A DNA stretch of 64,000 bases, taken from NCBI GenBank assembly GCA_965221905.1, contig OZ244922.1, forward strand, positions 1,056,001-1,120,000. Direction: 5' to 3'. Positions within the stretch are counted from its first letter, which is position 1; the number at the start of each line of letters is the position of its first letter. The position numbers and the translations under genes were made by a program. Positions 9,287-19,280 of this stretch are shown one piece after another. The notes under the pieces are model-generated. The model searched no databases, was not told where the DNA came from, and was given only the letters and a program-made list of their open reading frames with translations. This stretch comes from Chloroflexota bacterium. Lineage in GTDB: Bacteria > Chloroflexota > UBA11872 > VXOZ01.

Positions 9287-11226
9287 CAACTGCGCTCCGA
9301 GCTTGAAGGATTGGCATACCAACGGGCCTGCAGGCTGAACATCTGTGCGTACACGCCGTCCAGGCGCAACAGCGCGTCGTGGTCACCCTCCTCCACGATG
9401 CGGCCGTGGGCCAGCACGACGATCCGGTCCGCGAGCCGCGCCGCTCCCAGACGATGCGAGACCAGGATTGCGGTTCGTCCGGCGGCCACCCGGACAAACT
9501 GTCGGTAAAACTCGACCTCTGCCCGTGGGTCCAAGGAGGCAGTGGGTTCATCAAGAGCAACGATCTGGGCATCACGCAGATAAGCTCGCGCGAGTGCCAG
9601 CCGCTGCCATTGACCGGAGGAAAGCTCCATCCCGTCTGGCCACTCCTTGCCCAGGGGCGTTGCGTACCCTGCGGGGAGATCAGCAATGAACGCATCGGCG
9701 CCGCTTTGAGCCGCAGCAGCGGCGATGCGGGGATGAATGACGTCAGCGTCAGCGGCATCCTGCGTAAGCAACGATGAGTCGCCATAGGCGATATTCTCGC
9801 GCACCGTCGTGGGGTAGCGGACGAAGTCCTGGAAGATCGCCGTTGCTTCTTTCCGCCACGAGTCGGGATGAATTGAAGACAGGTCGGTTCCATCCACCGT
9901 AATAGTCCCGTGGGTAGGCCGGTAAAGGCCAAGGAGCAAACGCACTAGCGTCGTCTTGCCCGCGCCGTTCTCTCCCACGAGCGCAACTCGCTCACCGGGC
10001 TGAAGCGACAATTCGATATTTGAAAGAGCCGGTCGGTCTGCGCCCGGATAAGTAAAGCTCACCCCGTGAAAACGAATGGCCTCGCGAAGCGGTCGTTGCA
10101 GTGTTTGCGCGGCATCCTGCGGCGTGGTGGTCCGTGCACTGGATGCAGAGGTCTTTGCATGGAATGCAGAAGCCCGTGCATGGAATGCAGCAGTCTCTGC
10201 TTCAAGCGCGAGGAAGTCTCGCAGACACTCCGTATATTGTAGGTCCGAGTACACTTGCTGCAGAGCTGCGGAGATACTATCGGCGAGGTCGCGGAACCGG
10301 CTCAAGCCATACAAGAGCGCTACCAAGCTGCCCAGGCTGATGTTACCGGCGAGGGCGAGCAGCAAGACGAAGACAATGACCAGCGCTACCGCCTCTTGAG
10401 CGGCGATACTTGCCAGCCCCGGCAGAGCCATCTTGCGCTGGGCAGACACAATCTCCACGAGAAATCGTTTGAAGACATTGCGGCGACGGAGGAGAAGGTA
10501 GTCAGCGAGACCGGACAACTGCAGTTCGGGGACGGCTTCGCGGCTCGTAAGCAGGCGCGACCAGTAGCCCATCTCGCGCCGTCGAGGCGAATTCTGGTAG
10601 GAGACCTCTAGGAAATTGTGTTCCATGTAGGATTGCACCACGGACCGCAACCCCATTACAGCTACCAACGCGACTCCAATGAGCCAGTGGGCGCGGAAGT
10701 ATAGCGCCATCAACCCGGCAGCGCCGATCAGCGACGTTACCAGCCATGACACGTTTTCCAGGAAATAACTGAGATCACTCCCATCCTCTTTCCCGGCCAC
10801 CTCCAGCTTGGTGTAGTACTCTTCTCGCTCGAATGTACTTAGAGGGAGTGAGACGGCCTTCTCGCACACCATGTGCTGCACGGCAGCGCCGAGACGCAAT
10901 CCCGTTAACTGACTCAGATAGTCCCCAAGAGCGCCATCCAGGCTGCGGATGCCAAATGCCACAAGTAGCACCAGCAACCAGGGGATTATGGATAGCCAAA
11001 CGTTGGTCTGAGCGGCGCCTGAGCGCGGGAGAGCGTCGATGAGTTCGCTGAGAGCCCACACAATGAGAGGTGTGGTGATACCTGCGGCGAAGCTCTGCAC
11101 CGCGAGCAATGTGCCGGCTACGGGGACTTCCTTGAAGATAAGGGTGATGACATAGCCAATCCCTACGCTTGTGGCCCGCAGGCGAGCAACGGGCTCCCGA
11201 ATCCAGTAAGTATGAGGCGGAAACAT
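9286..11226 (-). CDS. ABC exporter, fused TMD-NBD subunit (partner)
   Basis: GENGAGKTT, LSSGQWQ, LDEPT and SHRL motifs; start uncertain (11226 or 11331). Confidence 0.92.
   Translation of the reverse strand: MFPPHTYWIREPVARLRATSVGIGYVITLIFKEVPVAGTLLAVQSFAAGITTPLIVWALSELIDALPRSGAAQTNVWLSIIPWLLVLLVAFGIRSLDGALGDYLSQLTGLRLGAAVQHMVCEKAVSLPLSTFEREEYYTKLEVAGKEDGSDLSYFLENVSWLVTSLIGAAGLMALYFRAHWLIGVALVAVMGLRSVVQSYMEHNFLEVSYQNSPRRREMGYWSRLLTSREAVPELQLSGLADYLLLRRRNVFKRFLVEIVSAQRKMALPGLASIAAQEAVALVIVFVLLLALAGNISLGSLVALLYGLSRFRDLADSISAALQQVYSDLQYTECLRDFLALEAETAAFHARASAFHAKTSASSARTTTPQDAAQTLQRPLREAIRFHGVSFTYPGADRPALSNIELSLQPGERVALVGENGAGKTTLVRLLLGLYRPTHGTITVDGTDLSSIHPDSWRKEATAIFQDFVRYPTTVRENIAYGDSSLLTQDAADADVIHPRIAAAAAQSGADAFIADLPAGYATPLGKEWPDGMELSSGQWQRLALARAYLRDAQIVALDEPTASLDPRAEVEFYRQFVRVAAGRTAILVSHRLGAARLADRIVVLAHGRIVEEGDHDALLRLDGVYAQMFSLQARWYANPSSSERS
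10135..10197. repeat. Three degenerate in-frame 21-bp tandem repeats in the TMD-NBD linker
   Basis: tgcactggatgcagaggtctt / tgcatggaatgcagaagcccg / tgcatggaatgcagcagtctc. Confidence 0.8.
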
Positions 11227-11512
11227 GATGATTCCAGTGAGGATCGAACAAGAAGGACCTGTGGCTGAACTGTCTGTTTGGGTTTGGATAGCACAGCTTT
11301 TATTGCGTTTCCGCCAACCCGGCCCAATCATTGCGTGATGACTGACCCCGAGCTGGGGGAGTGTGTGCTACCCAATCAACGCAGCGGAGAACGTGCTGCG
11401 TAGAGGAGAAGTGCAAGGGCGCATTGCTGATTTGCTGGGCGACAGCCAGCGGCTGAGCAAGAGGCGCAGTGGCCTTGCTTTTCCTCTAACGGAAAGCCGA
11501 TCAGGTGGGGGG

Positions 11513-12967
11513 TTACTTGGGAACGATCACGTTGACACCAACCTCATAAGAAACCACGCCTTGTACATTCTCTGCAGTAGTGAGCAGGAAGGCGCGCGTC
11601 TCTCCTGGGAAGAGATTGCTTACCTGGCCGGTTGCCATGCCGAGGACACCGCCCGCGGCATCGAGAAATTCGCCGCCGAGGAAGAGGCTGTAGGGACGGT
11701 TGCCGTTATTCGTCACTGTGCCGCGCAACACGTGAAAACCGCCTTCTACCGCGTACTGAGCAGTGCTAAAGCTGATCGAGCGCTCATACTCCCCGCCCCC
11801 AACCAACGTGCCGGTAAAGCGGAGTTCCAACGCTGCGGGCTCGGCGAAAGGATCGCTGGAAAGGAGACGTACCGCGCGTGTGTATCCCGGCAGCAGTGCA
11901 ACGACGTCGCCACTGGCATGGCCGATGACTTCGCCACCGGCGTCGATCACGAGTACATCTATAGCGCTTGACACACTAAGATTAGCATCGTTGCGCAAGC
12001 GCAAGTAGACACGTAAGTTGCCGTGGGGCGATGAGATTACTGCCGGCGGGCCCACGATGGACAACTGATCAGCGACGCTATCGGCAAGAATACGCTCCAC
12101 GGGAAGACCCGGCGCAGTAACCGGCGGTGGCGGAGGTGGTGGAGGCGGAGTCTGCTGTCCCGCGGGTGGGAGTGTGGCACTGGGCGGGGCAGTGTCCAAG
12201 CTGGCTGCAGCGGCGTCTAAAGGGGTAGTGGCCGGTTCCGGAATGAGGCCGGACTCTTTCGTAATATCTCCACCGAGCACTACCGTGACGTCCCCCACAT
12301 TGGCCCAGGGCACCTTTACTTTCCAGTATTGCAGGGCAACGCGCTGGGCGCGCATGACGATCATCGGCCCAAAGTCTTGAATGGCCAATGGCAGGCCGGA
12401 GAGTTGCAGCCAGTTGGGGTTACTAAGAAAACGCTCTTGCAGCGCGGCACGCGCCGCCGCTAGCTCCGGCGTGTCACCGGGCTGGGCCTCGAAGATGCGG
12501 GTGAGATGACTTTGGATCGTCCCCTCCCAATCGTTGATAGGATCGTCTGCCGACCAGTCGAAGCTCTGGGGAATCTGCCGGAAGGCTTCGAGCCAGCCGT
12601 CATAGTTTGCATCGTGGAGCAGGTCGAACGTGTTTGCGATGTTCATGCTGCTATTCGCCGAATCCCACTGTAATAGGGCTTTCTGCGTAGCCTGATAGAC
12701 AAAGCCGTTTAGAATGAAACGCCCTGAAACCGGATATCCCAACTCCGGCACACCACCAAGCTGCTGAAAGCCGGACCAAAAGGCAATGCCGCCATTGTCC
12801 GTGATGGCATAGCCCCTGCCGGTGTCGCTGCCGGTCTGGGTATAGTACCACCCGTTGTTTACGGCGAAGTCGGGCTCGTCGATTGCCTGCGCCGCGAGCG
12901 CGGAGGAAGACCACAGGAGGAGCAGGAGTGTAATGCTGCTGAAAAGGCGTGCGTATTGCTTTTGCAT
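11513..12967 (-). CDS. Secreted protein: signal peptide, LGFP-like (GYPVS) module, Pro-rich linker, two FxLYD-like Ig-fold domains
   Basis: Signal ending SALA; GGVPELGYPVS..FVYQATQKALLQW; poly-Pro linker; GTVTNNG...FLDAAGGVLG...LFPGETRAF. Confidence 0.8.
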   Translation of the reverse strand: MQKQYARLFSSITLLLLLWSSSALAAQAIDEPDFAVNNGWYYTQTGSDTGRGYAITDNGGIAFWSGFQQLGGVPELGYPVSGRFILNGFVYQATQKALLQWDSANSSMNIANTFDLLHDANYDGWLEAFRQIPQSFDWSADDPINDWEGTIQSHLTRIFEAQPGDTPELAAARAALQERFLSNPNWLQLSGLPLAIQDFGPMIVMRAQRVALQYWKVKVPWANVGDVTVVLGGDITKESGLIPEPATTPLDAAAASLDTAPPSATLPPAGQQTPPPPPPPPPVTAPGLPVERILADSVADQLSIVGPPAVISSPHGNLRVYLRLRNDANLSVSSAIDVLVIDAGGEVIGHASGDVVALLPGYTRAVRLLSSDPFAEPAALELRFTGTLVGGGEYERSISFSTAQYAVEGGFHVLRGTVTNNGNRPYSLFLGGEFLDAAGGVLGMATGQVSNLFPGETRAFLLTTAENVQGVVSYEVGVNVIVPK

Positions 12968-13334
12968 GTCGTTGATTTGGTACAGTGTTAATAGTATTAA
13001 TCTCTATCGTAGCGGAAGTCGCAAAAGCTGACAACGCAGTGTGCTACGCACGATTACGAGAGTCGGAAGTCTCTTGGCAGCGAAGAGACATTGCAGAGTG
13101 ACTTCAGAGGCATTGCTTGCCGCCGAGAGTCCGGGTGTGCGGCAGCCCATCGACGAGAGACGTAGCCTATTGCTGAGTAGGTGGTTTCTTGGGTTGGATC
13201 GCTTGCTTCCGTTTGGTAAGAAATGGGCGTGCCGCAGGCGGACGCGAAGAGCAGAATGAATAACTTACAACATGCCGGTTAAGTTCGGCTTGGCCAAAGA
13301 TTGAATAGCTTGAACAACGAATCTGGGAGGATAC

Positions 13335-14051
13335 ATGGGCCGTGTACCGCGAGCGTGGATGAAGCCGCTCGATAAAGATTACAAAGCGAAGCCGCTACCG
13401 GAGCGCAAGCGGCGGCCCTGGCAGGAGACTGCTTGGGGCCGCGTGGCGATGGTCCCAATCCGCCGCCTCGACCCTTACGTGCGCTGGTCGGAGCTTGTAG
13501 ATCGCATGGTGCACGGCGTGATGTTGAATACCGATGTCTTCAAAGAAGTGCATGAGGACGATTCGGCGAACCTGCAAGCGCTCACAGTGGTCTTGATCGT
13601 CGCCGTGGTGCAGAACATCAGCCTGTTCCTCGTAGGTTTGTTCTGGTTCGGATTCTTTGGCTCTGTCGTTTTTGTCGCCAGGGCGATGGGCGACGCGATG
13701 GTGTCCTGGGTCATTTGGCTGCTTGTAGCGTATGGGCTGTGTAAAGTGCTTTTCCGCAGCCGGGCAGGTCTTATGCAGGTGTTTCGCACCCTTGCCTATG
13801 CATACGTGCCTGCTATCTTCTTGTTTTTTCAGGTAATCCCGCTATATGGCGTCACACTTGCCGCACTGACCTACTTAGCACTGATCGAATACGGCGTATT
13901 GGCGCTGCGTCCGGCGCTGAGAGGGTCGATCGCCAAGGCACTCCTTGCCAGTTTCATTGGCTGGACCGGCTTGCTGGTCGTGAGCCTAATTCTCAGCGAA
14001 AGCCAGCTTTTCAGTCTGATCCAGGAGTGGATCGCAGAGCAGTGGTTTTGA
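13335..14051 (+). CDS. Yip1-family membrane protein
   Basis: Five TM helices, FKEVHED..ANLQAL and RTLAYAYVP motifs; GGAGG RBS. Confidence 0.75.
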   Translation: MGRVPRAWMKPLDKDYKAKPLPERKRRPWQETAWGRVAMVPIRRLDPYVRWSELVDRMVHGVMLNTDVFKEVHEDDSANLQALTVVLIVAVVQNISLFLVGLFWFGFFGSVVFVARAMGDAMVSWVIWLLVAYGLCKVLFRSRAGLMQVFRTLAYAYVPAIFLFFQVIPLYGVTLAALTYLALIEYGVLALRPALRGSIAKALLASFIGWTGLLVVSLILSESQLFSLIQEWIAEQWF

Positions 14052-14232
14052 GTAAAGGATCTTGGGTTTCTGCCTGCGACCGAATTTTCACATTGGCATA
14101 GGTCTCTTGAGAAGAGGCGACCGGCGCCTTTCCCCCACTCCTACTGCCTGCGTGCCCCGGTTATGCTCGGCCCAATGCCTCATGCATGCAGTCGTTCCCC
14201 GGCGGCACGCATAGAAACTTTACGAGCATTGG

Positions 14233-15393
14233 CTATGTCGGATGCGGGCGTGTGAAAGCAGTTTGGGGAGACAGTTCAACTCCCCAGCCCGGTGCTTCCG
14301 TCAGTAGTACTTCACCACTCTCAGGGAGCGGTTCGCCTGTAAAGAATGGATGGATGGGTGCGATCTCCGTGCCGTCGCCGCTGCCAAAGATGAATTCGGC
14401 CATGGGGCACACGGCGTGCGCCGTGACGAAGGCATAGCTCATCACGCCGCCGATGTGGGGGATCACTTGCAGGCCGTGGGTCTCCGCCATTGCAGCCACG
14501 CGCCGCGCCGCGGTGATGCCGCCGCACCAGGCGAGGTCGGGTTGCAGAATGTCTGCGCAGCCGCGTTGGATGAGGTCGTGGAAACCGAAATGGGTGTATT
14601 CGTGTTCGCCGCAGGCAATGTGCAGCCAAGGCAGGCGCTTGCGTAGGGTAGCATAGCCGCCATAGTCATCCGGGAGCAGCGGCTCTTCCAGCCAATAGAT
14701 GTCGTATTCACGCAGGCGTTCGGCCATGGCAGTGGCATACGGCACGTCCCAGCCCATCCAAGCGTCGACCATGAGAAGCCTGTCCGGTCCGAGCGCGTCG
14801 CGGGCCGCGGCAACCTGCGCTTCGTTCTGCCGCATGCCCTCGGCGCCGTCCCACGGCCCATACCGCATGAAGACTTTATTGCGAGTGAACCCCAGACTAG
14901 TGTATGCCTCCGTGCGGTTGCCGCTGGCATAAACTGCTACGCGCGGTGGCTGAGTCCCGGAGCCCTTCGTCTTGCCTCCAAGTAGCACGTAGACCGGTAC
15001 GCCTGCTGCCCTGCCTTTGATGTCCCACAGCGCGTTGTCTATGGCGCTGAGTGCCATGATGGGCAGTCCCTTGCGCCCGTAAGGAAGCGTGGCACGGAAC
15101 ATGAGGTCCCAGAGCAGTTCAGTGTCTCGGGGATCTCGGCCGACGAGCAAAGACTTGAGATGGTGCTCGATGATGTGACAACTGGGCGCGCCGCCGCCAC
15201 CCACGCCGATACCCACAATGCCGTCATCGGTAGTGACCCGAGCGATAGTGCGCGGCACCATGCCCTGCCAGGAACTGCGCGTTTCGGCGTATTCCGGATA
15301 AGGCGACATGGGGCTTGCCATGCGCTCTGCCACAAGCCAGCTAGGGCGCTTGGGGGCTTCCGGCAAAAGAGCTTCGATGTCGACGATTTTCAT
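14233..15393 (-). CDS. Mandelate racemase/enolase superfamily, L-rhamnonate dehydratase-like (copy 2)
   Basis: ASPMSPYPEY, YGRKGLPIMALSAIDNALWD, MVDAWM, WLEEP, GEHE, QPD and PH motifs; start placed at MKIVDIE. Confidence 0.9.
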   Translation of the reverse strand: MKIVDIEALLPEAPKRPSWLVAERMASPMSPYPEYAETRSSWQGMVPRTIARVTTDDGIVGIGVGGGGAPSCHIIEHHLKSLLVGRDPRDTELLWDLMFRATLPYGRKGLPIMALSAIDNALWDIKGRAAGVPVYVLLGGKTKGSGTQPPRVAVYASGNRTEAYTSLGFTRNKVFMRYGPWDGAEGMRQNEAQVAAARDALGPDRLLMVDAWMGWDVPYATAMAERLREYDIYWLEEPLLPDDYGGYATLRKRLPWLHIACGEHEYTHFGFHDLIQRGCADILQPDLAWCGGITAARRVAAMAETHGLQVIPHIGGVMSYAFVTAHAVCPMAEFIFGSGDGTEIAPIHPFFTGEPLPESGEVLLTEAPGWGVELSPQTAFTRPHPT

Positions 15394-15431
15394 GGCGCTC
15401 TCTTCGCTACACATGAATCCTTGCATGAGTG

Positions 15432-15460
15432 CGTCATTCCGGCGAAAACCGGAATCCAGG
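15432..15460. repeat. Family B palindrome between the two dehydratase paralogs
   Basis: cgtcattccggcgaaaaccggaatccagg. Confidence 0.8.
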
Positions 15461-15619
15461 GGGTTTGCGGCACCTTTCCAGCGCCCCCCGGCTCCCCATC
15501 GCGGCCTCACCGCCATCAAGAGGGATGGCGTTTCGCAATGGACTCTACACCGGAGTCATCACGAACCTTTAGATTCGCCAGTTACGCCCACAGTCGCAGC
15601 CTGCACAACCCTACCGTCA

Positions 15620-16819
15620 TTACTCTCCCGTTCCCAGACCCGCAGAGCCGGGCGCAGCATCTGCATTGCTTTCAGAGGTCGGATGTGGGCGTTCCAGTGT
15701 AACTTCCGGCGCAATCTCGTAACCCCAACCGGGCGCTTCAGGTGGGCGTACCCGGCCGTTTTCCGGCAGCGGCTCTCCTCTGAAGAAGGGCTGCACCGGC
15801 ACCAGCTCGCTGCCGTCACCCGCGCGGAAGATGAACTCAACCAATGGCGCATTGGCATGGGCGAGGCAAAAGTGATAGCTGGCCGTAGCGCCCACGTGAG
15901 GAATGACGTCGATGCCGTGGGTCTCTGCCATTTTCGCCACGCGGTGGGCTTCGGTGATGCCGCCGCACCAGGCGAGATCGGGCTGCAGAATGTCGGCGCA
16001 GCCGCGTTGGATGAGCTCGTGGAAGCCAAAGCGCGTGTATTCGTGCTCCCCGGTGGTGATGCGCGTCCAGGAGATGCGGCGGCGCAATTCGGCGTAGCCG
16101 TCGTAATCATCGGGCGGAAGCGCTTCCTCGATCCAATACACGTTGTACGGGCGCAAGCGCTCGGCCATTCGGAGCGTGTAGGTAACGTCCCAGGCCATGT
16201 AGCAGTCGAGCATCAGCAGCATGTCGGGACCGAGCGCCTCGCGCGCATCGGCCACGTGTTTTTCGTTCAGCTTCATGCCCTCCACGCCGTCCCATGGGCC
16301 GTAGGGCATGGCGACTTTGTTGCCCACGAAGCCTAACGACGCATAGACTGCCGACTGGTTGCCGGTGGCGTAGACTGGAATCGCGGGTTTGGTAGCGCCG
16401 CCCAAGAGTTTATAGACAGGCTGTCCGGCGGCCTTGCCTTTGATGTCCCACAAGGCGTTATCAATGCCGCTGATGGCCATGATCGGCAACCCCTTACGGC
16501 CGTATGGCAGCGAAGCGCGGAACATCTGGTCCCAGAGGCGCTCCGTGTCGCGAGGGTCTTGGCCCACGAGCAAGCGCTTGAGGTGCTGCTCCACGATGAA
16601 GCAACCCGGGTTGCCGCCGCCGCCCAGGCCAAGACCTTCCAGCCCGTCATCGGTCTTGACGCGCACGATGATTGGCCCCAGCGGTCCCATCCAGAGCGCC
16701 CGGCGCTCGCCATACTCCGGATAGCGCGACATGGGATTGGCCACCCGAATGTGGGAGAGCCAACTGGGCGGCTCCGGCGGCAAGTGGGGAATGAAGGCTT
16801 CAACGTCAATGATCTTCAC
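15620..16819 (-). CDS. L-rhamnonate dehydratase-like (copy 1)
   Basis: Same motifs as the neighbour (ANPMSRYPEY, MLDCYM, WIEE, GEHE, QPDLAWCGG); GTG start. Confidence 0.9.
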   Translation of the reverse strand: MKIIDVEAFIPHLPPEPPSWLSHIRVANPMSRYPEYGERRALWMGPLGPIIVRVKTDDGLEGLGLGGGGNPGCFIVEQHLKRLLVGQDPRDTERLWDQMFRASLPYGRKGLPIMAISGIDNALWDIKGKAAGQPVYKLLGGATKPAIPVYATGNQSAVYASLGFVGNKVAMPYGPWDGVEGMKLNEKHVADAREALGPDMLLMLDCYMAWDVTYTLRMAERLRPYNVYWIEEALPPDDYDGYAELRRRISWTRITTGEHEYTRFGFHELIQRGCADILQPDLAWCGGITEAHRVAKMAETHGIDVIPHVGATASYHFCLAHANAPLVEFIFRAGDGSELVPVQPFFRGEPLPENGRVRPPEAPGWGYEIAPEVTLERPHPTSESNADAAPGSAGLGTGE

Positions 16820-17007
16820 GGGATCGCACCTCTGTTCGTTGCGTATAGGACGCCGGTCAGTAACATGGGTTTTGGCCTGTGGTAGTGTCTATGATAACCG
16901 GCTGGACCGGCATGTGTCAGCGCGTGACTTGGGATGGGAGGCAAATCCTGGCCGGACAGCAGACAGACGCGAGTGATAGAGGACCAGGTCGCCGCCACAC
17001 GTTTCGT

Positions 17008-17706
17008 GTGAAACGCGGAGGCGTCGTACTCTATCTGCTCGCGCTGGTGGTCACGACGGCGCTGCTCGTGCGGTTTCTTTACCTGGATGGGCGGCCGTGG
17101 TACGGGAACTGGCCGGCGGTTATCCTATCGGCGCTCTTCTTTTCGCTCTTCGTCGTGGGATTTCTCGTGGCGCTGCCGCGCCGCGACTGGCGGCAGGCGG
17201 CGTTGGGCCCGGCATTTCTCATTGCGCTCTTCACCGAGATGTTCGGCATTCCCTTAACCATCTACCTGCTGAGTAGCGTCTTCGGCTTCTCTATCGGGCT
17301 GGACGGCAGCGAGGGACATCTCTGGGCGGTATTGCTTGACCGGCTGGGCTGGGTGCGATTGAGCGTGGGAGTGCCAGTGCTGAAGTTGGGCGGCAGCGCA
17401 GTGGTCGTGGCGGGGTTGGTGCTGATGGGCTGGGGCTGGTGGCACGTGTACCGCGCCCAAGGCGGGTTGGTGACCCATGGCCTCTACCGTCACGTGCGCC
17501 ATCCGCAATACGTGGGCTTTGTGCTGGTTATGGTCGGTTTTCTCATCCAGTGGCCGACGCTCATTACGCTGCTGATGTTCCCCATCCTGCTGGCAGCCTA
17601 CGTGCGCCTGGCAGCGGCGGAAGACAGCTATCTCGCACAAACGCACAGTGATGCGTTCCGCGGGTACAAAGAGACCGTGCCCGGCTGGCTGCCGCGACTG
17701 TGGTGA
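17008..17706 (+). CDS. Isoprenylcysteine carboxylmethyltransferase / PEMT-family membrane protein
   Basis: ALFTEMFGIPLTIY and LVTHGLYRHVRHPQY...EDSYL motifs; start uncertain. Confidence 0.85.
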   Translation: MKRGGVVLYLLALVVTTALLVRFLYLDGRPWYGNWPAVILSALFFSLFVVGFLVALPRRDWRQAALGPAFLIALFTEMFGIPLTIYLLSSVFGFSIGLDGSEGHLWAVLLDRLGWVRLSVGVPVLKLGGSAVVVAGLVLMGWGWWHVYRAQGGLVTHGLYRHVRHPQYVGFVLVMVGFLIQWPTLITLLMFPILLAAYVRLAAAEDSYLAQTHSDAFRGYKETVPGWLPRLW

Positions 17707-17847
17707 AGGAGTTTCTGCCATTACATTGACAACGCTGACGGTTTCACAGAGGCGTTATAGCACACTATCATCCGCTGGCGGCTGACTGTGCTCTGCAGGC
17801 TTCTGTATCTTCTAGGGAAGAGCGTTGCGAGCGATGCTCGTCAAGAA

Positions 17848-17880
17848 CCGTTCGTACTGAGCCTGTCGAAGTATGAACGG
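17848..17880. repeat. Family A palindrome
   Basis: ccgttcgtactgagcctgtcgaagtatgaacgg. Confidence 0.85.
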
Positions 17881-17974
17881 GTCCTGGGGTCCAATCCGAT
17901 AGATGTAGGAGCGTTACCAGTTCAATTTGGCGGCCTCTTTGCAAAAGGAATGACAGGATCGTTACTAGCCGATC

Positions 17975-18637
17975 ATGCAAGTTGCTCAGACATCTGCGGA
18001 TTTGGTAAACGAACGGGTAGAGTGGGTACAGCTTAGGATGCGCGTCATTCTCATGCAGGTCACGAAGCGCGTCGTAGAACGTGCAGTACGGAACGCCGTG
18101 CTCCTAATTGCAATCCTTTCCGTGCTGGGCTGCGGCCCGCCTGGGACGGCACCGCGCAAGGGTGCGGAGACGCCATCCGCGCCGGTAGAAGGGACGCCTC
18201 TATCGTATGAGGCGGTGCTCTGCGTCAACGAGGCGCGCATCAACGTGCTGGTCGCCGATACGCCGCAGGAGCGGGCGACGGGACTGAGCGGCTATGCCGG
18301 ACTACCGGAGAACGTCGGAATGCTGTTCGTCTTCCCGGAGCCGCGGCAGCCGTCATTCTGGATGCGGGGGGTGTTGTTTGCTCTCGACCTCATCTGGATA
18401 CGCGACGGCATGGTGGTGCAGATCAATGCCTCTGTCCCGCCCCCGCCCCCAAATACGCCGGACGACCAGCTCCCGCGCTACCACCCGACCGAACCGATCA
18501 CGCACGTGCTGGAACTAACCGCCGGCTCAGCAGCGCGCTACGGCATCACCGCCGGCAGCCGCGTAATTCCTTGCACCGACGTAACGCTAACGCCGGCCGC
18601 TGTAGACAGGACAGAACGGATGCGTTTGCCGCTTTGA
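17975..18637 (+). CDS. DUF192 family lipoprotein
   Basis: Lipobox VLGC; VADTPQERATGL, GMLFVF, FWM, LDLIWI and VLEL motifs; true start probably downstream. Confidence 0.85.
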   Translation: MQVAQTSADLVNERVEWVQLRMRVILMQVTKRVVERAVRNAVLLIAILSVLGCGPPGTAPRKGAETPSAPVEGTPLSYEAVLCVNEARINVLVADTPQERATGLSGYAGLPENVGMLFVFPEPRQPSFWMRGVLFALDLIWIRDGMVVQINASVPPPPPNTPDDQLPRYHPTEPITHVLELTAGSAARYGITAGSRVIPCTDVTLTPAAVDRTERMRLPL

Positions 18638-19062
18638 ATAGGGCTATTCTTCAGAAGACACAACCTCCATTTGGATAGCGCTTTGAGCAAGCACTCCGAT
18701 GGCCTAGGAATGTGATATTCGCCGTACACTCTCCATGACTTTGTATCCTGCAAATTTCGATACTGTGGCCGCACTCTGCGCTTATCTACGATTTCTAGCA
18801 ACTCGTCGTGAGGTATCAAATACCAGCGGGGCGAACCCCCAACTACCTTGACCGGAAAGCACATATAAAATTCTTGATTGACGTTTTTCTTGTAAACACC
18901 CAAACGTGTCCTGAATTGAACCATAATCGGTCTACAGGCCAAAAAGTCAACACCTTGCTTATCGCAGCTTTCCAATCTAAATCCATTCTTCACAAGTAAG
19001 GCTTCAGCCTCGGACATTGATTTCTCTTTCGGGGATTGGACGTTCATATCCTCACCTCCCAT
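18538..19062 (-). CDS. AT-richer hypothetical protein, possible restriction-endonuclease-like (PD-(D/E)XK) fold
   Basis: GVDFLA...MVQFR core, WYLIPHDEL and SW..YGEYH; codon usage differs from the flanks; 3' tail overlaps the DUF192 gene. Confidence 0.5.
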   Translation of the reverse strand: MGGEDMNVQSPKEKSMSEAEALLVKNGFRLESCDKQGVDFLACRPIMVQFRTRLGVYKKNVNQEFYMCFPVKVVGGSPRWYLIPHDELLEIVDKRRVRPQYRNLQDTKSWRVYGEYHIPRPSECLLKALSKWRLCLLKNSPIQSGKRIRSVLSTAAGVSVTSVQGITRLPAVMP

Positions 19063-19280
19063 CCTCTAGCTATCTTCAAGACGTGTCTAGGGAAACATGC
19101 TTTGTGCCGTGAGAGTAGTTCTTACTGGGAATGAGTTAAGTTTCTTGAGAGATACGTCAAGAAGTACTGTCGTTCAATTTGCTGCATTTACCGACCATTG
19201 CATTCCGGTATGTCGTCTATCAGCGCATTTAGGATTTGTGGGCGATAACGACTGTCACGGACATAAGGACTTTCGCTGCT

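Noticed and set aside
12968-13334. Structured ncRNA or riboswitch in the long divergent gap (also 3476-3905 and 33852-34250)
   Set aside because: No Rfam-like motif that I can recognise; an Infernal/Rfam scan would be needed.
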